From NCBI GenBank assembly GCA_000004985.1, contig GG738994.1: a stretch of 13,492 bases of DNA; one strand, given 5' to 3'. Every line of letters starts with the position of its first letter. Position 1 is the first letter of the stretch. Position numbers and translations under genes: made by a program. Positions 1-7,300 of the stretch are shown in pieces. The notes below the pieces were generated by a model. That model saw only the letters and a list, made by a program, of their open reading frames with translations. It searched no databases and had not been told where the DNA came from. The DNA comes from Naegleria gruberi. Its lineage: Eukaryota.

Positions 1-1
1 C

Positions 2-1762
2 AATGCTCTATATATTGCTAAAACTACATTTATTCGTATGTTTGATCTTACCACTAGAAAAATGTCTTTAATTGCTGGTAGTGAAACAGAGGCTGCTCCG
101 AGTGGAGGCTATAATACTTATGACAGGAACCCAGAGGATGCCAGATTTACTTTTATTAAGGAAGTGAGAGTATTAGATGGAGTAGTGTATTTTCTTAATA
201 ATTGTTATGTGACTGACAGTTGTATCAATTATTTTTCTTTGGGTGATCGTATTTTTAACCTTGACAGGGGTTATACTGAAACTGGTGTGTCTTTTGTTGT
301 CTTCAAGGATAGTGAGGGTGAAGTCAATTCACTCGTAGCTACAGCAGAAAAGTTGGTCTATCATAAGAGGCCACATTATAATAGATTTATTAGGAGAACG
401 GAAGCTGATACCATTATCAAGTTGATTGATAACAAAGCTGGAAAACAGGCCTTGGTAACAACCACCAAAGTTATCGATTTTTCAAATGAAGCTACTCTCT
501 TCACTTTTGATTCACCATTTGCAGCTAGGGATGTGGTAATGATATCAGCAACAGCTATTGTATATTCTAGTAGTAGTGGCTATTACTTGAACAAAGTTGA
601 TGCTAAAGGAGAAACAGTACTTGCAGGTATTGGAAACACTATCCAAATTGGAGATTATGGACCTGGTGAAGAAGCATACGGAACCACTACTAAAGGTGTA
701 GCAGTTGTTGACTCAACTTTATACATTTCAGAATATGATAATATGAGAATAAGAAAAGTCAACATTAATACTGGAATTATTTATCCCCATATTACTTTAA
801 CATGCTACCCTTCAAAACTCAAAATGTCCAAAGACAATAACAAGTTATTTTTCCTATGTAGTGACGGTCCAAGTGTATCTATAATGCAGTACATTTTCAG
901 TACAAATTTAATAACAACTGTAAAGTCAGGTTTTCCAGCTGCCACATTTAAGGGTTTTACCTTTGACGCAATTACTGGAGCACTTTTTTATTCAACTTAT
1001 TCTAATGGTGTTACTCAAATTTGTAGACTTAATCCTAATTCCTGTAAGACAATCACTACACAATTTACTGGTGGTGTTTATGGAGACATTGATGCCTACA
1101 ATGGATACATCTATGTTATCTCAAGTGTTGGTTCCATCTATAAGATAAGATATGATACAATGGACGTACAAGTAATTGGCGCCTTCTATCTTGCTGGCTA
1201 TCCAACAATACACATTACAAAACAAGGTACCATATTAATTGGCTCTCATACAGCTGTTTATAGATTTGAAGGTGCACAGGATGGTTCTTTTTATCCAGTT
1301 TCAACTAATTTTGTAATTGCTGGTGATGCTCTTCCACCAGAGGGTACAACCAGTTTATGGTATAGAGAAATCAGCCAAGTTGCAATGTCTGATGATTATC
1401 AAAGATTATTTATTGCTGATCCACATCACCTTGGTGGTGTTACACAATTGAATGCCAAGACCTCATCCTGTTGGTCCTACAAGTATACTAATACTGCAGG
1501 AAATCTGGTATTACCAACTGGAACTTATTGTTCAATTTCTTGTAATTCTGTTGCTTCTAATAATCCAACCGTTTGTAGTGGTTCTGGTTCTTGTACTGCT
1601 TACTTGGTCAATCCTTCTTACTTGGGAAAACCATTTTGTGATTGTGAATATGGCTATTCTGGTACAACTTGTTCTGATTATACCTGTNTTGGTTACCCAA
1701 AAAATGAAACAACTGGTTGTAAATCTCATGGTACTTGTGTTGGATATAATACTTGTAACTGA
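2..1762 (+). CDS. 5'-truncated ORF of a large extracellular protein. It has NHL-type beta-propeller repeats (about 2-1450) and then six-Cys EGF-like repeats from 1469. It stops at TGA 1760-1762, which sits at a consensus Cys position.
   Basis: The 574-aa ORF in frame 2 stays open upstream of ATG 38 to the window edge (..NALYIAKTTFIR-MFDL..), so the Met at 38 is probably internal. NHL-like motifs include GVAVVDSTLYISEYDNMRIRKVNINTG, FTFDAITGALFYSTYSNG and YNGYIYVISSVGSIYKIRYD. From 1469 the repeats are EGF-like, for example CSGSGSCTAYLVNPSYLGKPFCDCEYGYSGTTC and CKSHGTCVGYNTCN. Position 1688 is an ambiguous base. Confidence 0.85.
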   Translation, partial: NALYIAKTTFIRMFDLTTRKMSLIAGSETEAAPSGGYNTYDRNPEDARFTFIKEVRVLDGVVYFLNNCYVTDSCINYFSLGDRIFNLDRGYTETGVSFVVFKDSEGEVNSLVATAEKLVYHKRPHYNRFIRRTEADTIIKLIDNKAGKQALVTTTKVIDFSNEATLFTFDSPFAARDVVMISATAIVYSSSSGYYLNKVDAKGETVLAGIGNTIQIGDYGPGEEAYGTTTKGVAVVDSTLYISEYDNMRIRKVNINTGIIYPHITLTCYPSKLKMSKDNNKLFFLCSDGPSVSIMQYIFSTNLITTVKSGFPAATFKGFTFDAITGALFYSTYSNGVTQICRLNPNSCKTITTQFTGGVYGDIDAYNGYIYVISSVGSIYKIRYDTMDVQVIGAFYLAGYPTIHITKQGTILIGSHTAVYRFEGAQDGSFYPVSTNFVIAGDALPPEGTTSLWYREISQVAMSDDYQRLFIADPHHLGGVTQLNAKTSSCWSYKYTNTAGNLVLPTGTYCSISCNSVASNNPTVCSGSGSCTAYLVNPSYLGKPFCDCEYGYSGTTCSDYTCXGYPKNETTGCKSHGTCVGYNTCN

Positions 1763-2024
1763 GCGAATGGTTATGGCGGAGCACAATGCCACTTTTTCTT
1801 GCAATGGTACACTTTCTAGTAGCAATCAAGTTTGTGGAGGCAATCGTAAGTGTATTGGTCCAAATACTTGTGAACCAATGTGTTATGGAATTGCTGCAAG
1901 TAAAACTGCCACAGTTTGTTCTGGACAAGGTAATTGTACAAGTGAAAACCATTGCACATGTTCATATGGTAGATATGGTTCAAAGTGTGAATATTCTCTT
2001 CCATGTGAATCGCAATGTAGTTTG
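1763..2024 (+). CDS. Continuation of the same EGF-repeat coding sequence. The frame changes twice: frame 2 runs to about 1795, then frame 0 runs to TGA 2025-2027.
   Basis: Directly after the TGA, frame 2 reads ANGYGGAQCHFF. This completes the motif C-N-[TGA]-A-N-GYGG-x-x-C, which matches CNCNNGYGGKNC further downstream. Frame 0 then reads SCNGTLSSSNQVCGGNRKCIGPNTCEPMCYG...CSGQGNCTSENHCTCSYGRYGSKCEYSLPC, which are perfect six-Cys EGF-like repeats. Removing one T from the T5 run at 1793-1797 joins the two frames. Confidence 0.6.
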
Positions 2025-3009
2025 TGAAAATGGGGGAAATTGTACCTTTAGTAAGGGTGTTGAGGTTTGTTCTTGTCCTCCAGGATTTGCTGGTAAAACA
2101 TGTGATCCAGCATGTTCATCAAATAAGAATTGTACAGACCAATATTTCCCTATTTGTGACGTTTCAGGTGTTTGTACATATGAATGTTTATCAGATGGTG
2201 ATTGTGCTACAGTTGTTGGCAGACCAATGTGCGAAACTGGAAGAAACGAATTCGACATTGGTGGTAAATGTATTGCAGGATGTATAAATGATACATCATG
2301 CATTGCAAAGGGAATGCAATATTGTAATGATGGTGTCTGTAGTAATTATGCTTGTGCAGCAGATGCTGATTGTGTTTCTCGTGGCTATTCCCAATGTGCT
2401 GATTTTGAATGCAGAGATGAATGTCATGTCAATAGTGATTGTTCCGACTTTGGTAAATACTCCATCTGTGGAGCTGATCCATCCAATAATTCTACCTATC
2501 ACAGATGCATTCCAAGATCATGTTTCAATAACAGTGATTGTGCAGATCCAATGACTGGAACTCCAAGATGTGATTTGAGTACTTATTTATGTGCAAAGGC
2601 AGATTGTTCAATCGATTCTGATTGTTACTCTTATGGTTATTCACTTTGTTCCAATAGTTTTTGTAAAATTGAATGTCTTTCTCATACTGATTGCAACAAA
2701 CCTGGTTTGCAAAGATGTGGTTTGAACAATACTGTACCTACGGAATATCGTAGATGTTTGGAATCTTGTGATTCTACTTGTGAAAAATGTTCAGAAAACA
2801 GAATCACATGTTTGCAATGCTCAACTGGATTTGTTGTAGACAATCTTGGTAAATGTGTTATTGATTCCACCAATCCTGTTAACAACTCTACTAATCCTCA
2901 AAACAATACCAATCCAGTCGATCCAGTCAACCCAACTAACGATACTAACCCAATTAAAATACTACTACCCCAAGTAGTAATAATACCACTCCAAGTAATA
3001 ATACCATAA
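2005..3009 (+). CDS. Continuation in frame 1. It contains one EGF-like repeat, seven tandem four-Cys repeats of about 30 aa (CxxxSDC..C..C), laminin/TNFR-like CxxC..GF modules, and an N/T/P-rich stalk rich in N-glycosylation sequons. The stop at 3007-3009 is probably an artefact.
   Basis: Frame 1 resumes the consensus at NVVCENGGNCTFSKGVEVCSCPPGFAGKTC. Repeats follow, such as ECLSDGDCATVVGRPMC, CAADADCVSRGYSQCADFEC, CHVNSDCSDFGKYSIC, CFNNSDCADPMTGTPRC and CSIDSDCYSYGYSLC. The tail reads NPVNNSTNPQNNTNPVDPVNPTNDTNP. From 2958 the +2 frame reads NTTTPSSNNTTPSNNTINTNNGQSTI into the gap. One extra A in the A4 run at 2956-2959 would join it to the upstream frame. Confidence 0.65.
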   Translation: MNRNVVCENGGNCTFSKGVEVCSCPPGFAGKTCDPACSSNKNCTDQYFPICDVSGVCTYECLSDGDCATVVGRPMCETGRNEFDIGGKCIAGCINDTSCIAKGMQYCNDGVCSNYACAADADCVSRGYSQCADFECRDECHVNSDCSDFGKYSICGADPSNNSTYHRCIPRSCFNNSDCADPMTGTPRCDLSTYLCAKADCSIDSDCYSYGYSLCSNSFCKIECLSHTDCNKPGLQRCGLNNTVPTEYRRCLESCDSTCEKCSENRITCLQCSTGFVVDNLGKCVIDSTNPVNNSTNPQNNTNPVDPVNPTNDTNPIKILLPQVVIIPLQVIIP

Positions 3010-3037
3010 ATACCAACAATGGACAATCCACAATAAT

Positions 3038-3634
3038 NNNNNNNNNNNNNNNNNNNNNNNNNNNNNNNNNNNNNNNNNNNNNNNNNNNNNNNNNNNNNNN
3101 NNNNNNNNNNNNNNNNNNNNNNNNNNNNNNNNNNNNNNNNNNNNNNNNNNNNNNNNNNNNNNNNNNNNNNNNNNNNNNNNNNNNNNNNNNNNNNNNNNNN
3201 NNNNNNNNNNNNNNNNNNNNNNNNNNNNNNNNNNNNNNNNNNNNNNNNNNNNNNNNNNNNNNNNNNNNNNNNNNNNNNNNNNNNNNNNNNNNNNNNNNNN
3301 NNNNNNNNNNNNNNNNNNNNNNNNNNNNNNNNNNNNNNNNNNNNNNNNNNNNNNNNNNNNNNNNNNNNNNNNNNNNNNNNNNNNNNNNNNNNNNNNNNNN
3401 NNNNNNNNNNNNNNNNNNNNNNNNNNNNNNNNNNNNNNNNNNNNNNNNNNNNNNNNNNNNNNNNNNNNNNNNNNNNNNNNNNNNNNNNNNNNNNNNNNNN
3501 NNNNNNNNNNNNNNNNNNNNNNNNNNNNNNNNNNNNNNNNNNNNNNNNNNNNNNNNNNNNNNNNNNNNNNNNNNNNNNNNNNNNNNNNNNNNNNNNNNNN
3601 NNNNNNNNNNNNNNNNNNNNNNNNNNNNNNNNNN
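3038..3634. other. Assembly gap: a run of 597 N characters.
   Basis: The gap is seen directly as a run of n. The X-only ORFs on the track across it are artefacts. Confidence 0.99.
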
Positions 3635-3653
3635 TGAACTTCACTTATTGTAA

Positions 3654-4330
3654 TGTACAACTGGTTACATAACTACTGATCTCTCTCAACCATGTTCAAT
3701 GTGTAACTCTACCCTTAAACTAACTCTTGATCAAAATGGAAAATGTGTTTGTGATGCTAGCAATGGATACGTTGTTGGTGCAACAGGAGCTTGTGTCAAG
3801 TACACAGCCAAGTGTCCTATTGCATGTGGTTCCAATGGGGCCTGTCAATTGTTAACTCCAACAACTTCAGGATGTGTGTGTAAGAATGGTTTTATCACAA
3901 CCAATGAAACTAAACCATGTTCATCTTGTCCTCAAGGAAAGATTAATTCTTCCTCTAAATGTGTATGTGATACAGTCAATGGATACACTATAAATGGTAC
4001 TGGTTGTGGCTGTGATGCTTCTCGTGGATATATTGCTGGTTCTGATGGACTTTGTTCTTGCAATGCAAATCTCAATTTGGTTACCTATGGTTCATCATGT
4101 GTCTGTAAGCTTAACTATCATTTAGTTAATGGATCTTGTGTTTTAATTCCTCCAGCTTGTTATGGTAGTTCGAGTTGTGGAATCCATGGACAATGTATGT
4201 ATGAGGATGTAAATAACACTGCCCGTACAATCTGTCAATGTGACACTGGATACACCACTGCCTCTTACAGTACCTCTCTTTGTGTAGACTGTGCTAGAGA
4301 TTATCGTATGGATAAAAATTATATCTGTAA
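3654..4330 (+). other. Cys-rich repeat region with CxCDxxNGYxxxxxGxC modules and CxxC/CxxxxC pairs.
   Basis: Examples are NGKCVCDASNGYVVGATGACV, SSKCVCDTVNGYTINGTGCGCDASRGYIAGSDGLCSC, and a six-Cys unit CYGSSSCGIHGQCMYEDVNNTARTICQCDTGYTT. Confidence 0.6.
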
Positions 4331-7300
4331 AAAGAGCTGTGTGCTCGATGGTTACAATGATGATTGTACTACCTATGTTCCTGCTGATATTTGTGCTTAT
4401 ACAAATCCCCAAACAATTCCATTCTGTGGATTTAATATTTACAGGGTAAGACAAAGAAGATTTTTAAGGCAGAATTATACAGGTGAACTTGTTTATATTG
4501 GAAGGGACATGGTTAAAGATTTGGACAAATCAATGATTTATTATGATACATTGGCTAAAAACAAAACCAGAGATGCCATGCTTGAACTTGCCAAAGCAGG
4601 AGTAGTTTGTGACAGCAAATGTAAAGAACATTTGACTGTCCTGTATTGTAAATCATTGGTACCTATGTGTGATGGAACCGATGCTCCAATAGAAAGAACA
4701 TTTTGTAAGCAAACTTGTATTGACATTTGGTCCCAAAAGTTAAATTACACTGTTAATTTGGAATCAAAGTGTGAAGGATTGTCAGTAGAAGATTCTTGTG
4801 ACTCGCGTCCATATATCAACCCTTCAACTCAATGCTTTGGTGTTCACTATTTAAATTCATCTGTTTGTTCAGGAAGGGGTCAATGCATTCAAAAAGATAC
4901 TTGTAATTGTAATAATGGATATGGAGGAAAAAATTGTGAACAATTCGTTTGTTTTATTTATAAGGATACCGATATACCAGTTTGTAATTATCGTGGAAAG
5001 TGCGTTGGACCACACACTTGTGCCTGTAATGGTCCTTGGACTGGAAGTGATTGTCAGATACCTCTCTGTAATCGTAAAACTGAAAAACAAGGCGGTTGCA
5101 ATTTCAATGGAGTTTGTAAGCTTATTCTTGGAAGTCCATCTTGTATCTGTGCTTCAAGTGGTAATTGGGCTAAATCAGATGTTTCTTGCTCTGTTTGTGC
5201 AACTGGATGGGGAGGACCTGGTTGTAATGTTCCAGTTTGTAATGGGGTTATATCAACAAGTCCAGATGTTTGTGGTGGAAGAGGTGGATGTGATTCGATT
5301 CGTCTTGCACAACCATCTTGTACTTGTTTGAAAGGATATGAAGGAAACAATTGCCAAAACTTTAAGTGTAATGAAATTGATAGAAATAGCACTTCTGTGT
5401 GTTCTGGACGTGGTACTTGTGCTGGCTTAAACACTTGTGTTTGTAAGGGTAATTTCGACCCAGCTAAATTCTGTTCTGAATGTACACCGGCCTATAATGG
5501 AACTGATTGTACTGAAAGAGTTTGTACTGAAGCAGGTACTTGTAATGGTAATGGTATTTGTAATTCAAATGGAAAATGTGACTGTACTGGAAATTGGGTT
5601 GGTCAATTTTGTGACAAATGTTTACCTGGATTTGTTGGTTCTTCATGTAATATTAAATGTGATTGTAATGGAAGAGGAAGTTGTAACAATGATGGATCAT
5701 GTATCTGTTCTGAAAATGCAGAAGGTACCAAATGTGAAACTTGTAAAACAGGATGGTATGGTGATAAGTGTGATTTCTCAATTGATGCTTCTTCATTTGG
5801 ATTTTCATCAAATGGTGACTCCATCTCAGGAACAGTTTATTCTTCTCTCAAGAGAAAGTTTGATTGTTCTGAACTAATTTTGGAATCTTCAAAGCTAGGT
5901 AAAGGAGCAGTGTGCGTTGTTAATAGTGATTCAAACTTGATGACCATTTCTCTTGGAAGAAATGCTTCAATTGTCCTTGATGAGGTTCTTACATTCAAGT
6001 CATACTTTAATTCTTCATCAACTGTTTCTGTAACATTTGCTGAAAGAGATTATATACCAACAAATCCTTCCATCTCTGTCACTACTGATAAGACAACAAT
6101 TTCAAGAGCTTGTGGTTTCGTCTATTTGGATGCCTCTGGCTCCACATCAACAGATCGTAGAACATTGCAATTCTCTTGGAGTGTTCAGTCTGCACCTTCT
6201 CCACTTAATGGTCTTACTTTAACTAGTTTAATTACTAATCAACAAGGGTCTTCAGGAGTCACTATTAATTCAAACAGTCTTGGTGTTGGCAGTTATTCTG
6301 TTACAGCAACCATCACAAGTCCATTTTCTGGTTTAAGTGCTTCTTCAACTGTCTCATTCCTGGTTACTGATTTGACAGCTCCTATCGTTTCAATTAAGGA
6401 GGGCTCTGAAAGTACAATGACTATTGGAAAGATTTATTCAATCAATCCAAAGATTACATTCCCAAGCTGTTATGGTGGAAATGGACCATTTACGTTTACA
6501 TATGCTTTGGATGTTAGAAATGTCATTCCAGTAGTTGTTAAACAAAAGTATAATATTCTCGTCTTCAGTGAAGATTATACCAAGATTACTGAACCAGGCG
6601 ATTATTACTTCACTTTCACTGTTTCTCAAGCTGGAGCATCAAGTGTGACAGTTCCATTTAAGGTAACTGCTAAGGCACTTCCTTTGAGCGTTGGATTCAA
6701 TATTGGTGATAGAACTCAATCTGTGGAAACTGAAGTTTCGTTCACCGTTTCCAAGTCTGACCCAAGTAATCCTTCAGATAATTCTGGAACAGTTGTCTTG
6801 TCATGTTTGGATCTTGACAATAGTGCAGATTGTAGCGGATTTACCTCTGGTGAAGCAAATATTGACCAAACTACTTTGAAATTCTCTAAATTTATGGTTC
6901 CCGGCCCATATCTCTTCACTGCTACATTTACAAAGGGTTCAAGAAGTAGCTCTGCAAGTATTAAAGTGACTGTTATTGATCAACCAAAGGACACTGTCAT
7001 TAGAGTGTCTATTGCTGCTCCTCCAAATACTGACTTGACAGCTGTTGATCCATCTTCTGATTTCATATTACAAGCTTATTCATCAGATGTTCTGTCAACT
7101 GACAGAGTTTACACATGGTCATCACCTGACCTTGATATGTCTGGAATTGTTACCAGTAACAAGTACATTCTTCTTCCAAAGATCTTACTTGTTCCAGGTA
7201 CTTTCCATATTATTAACCTTAATGTAGTAGATGATCAAAGATCTGGTGAAGCAACTATTTCATTTACAATCAACTCTCCACCAACAGTTGGTATTTTGGA

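Noticed and set aside
1760-1762. Selenocysteine, or a UGA=Cys (Euplotes-type) genetic code, as the explanation for the TGA at the Cys position.
   Set aside because: There is only one such codon among about 250 TGT/TGC Cys codons. TGA serves as the apparent stop of two other genes (9027, 10412), and the big gene ends on TAA. No SECIS context is expected in a structural EGF Cys, and a nanochromosome organisation does not fit this window.
1786-1870. The hydrophobic N-terminus MPLFLAMVHFLVAIKFV of track ORF 1786-3009, which looks like a signal peptide.
   Set aside because: This stretch is an out-of-frame reading of EGF-repeat coding sequence that is really in frame 0. The true frame-1 coding begins only around 2005.
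2898-3660. Two minus-strand ORFs translated as long runs of X.
   Set aside because: They arise from translating the N gap.
3699-3701. ATG 3699 as the translation start of the giant protein.
   Set aside because: The frame is open 45 nt further upstream to the gap edge with repeat-consensus sequence. There is also no signal peptide, although the domains are extracellular and disulfide-rich.
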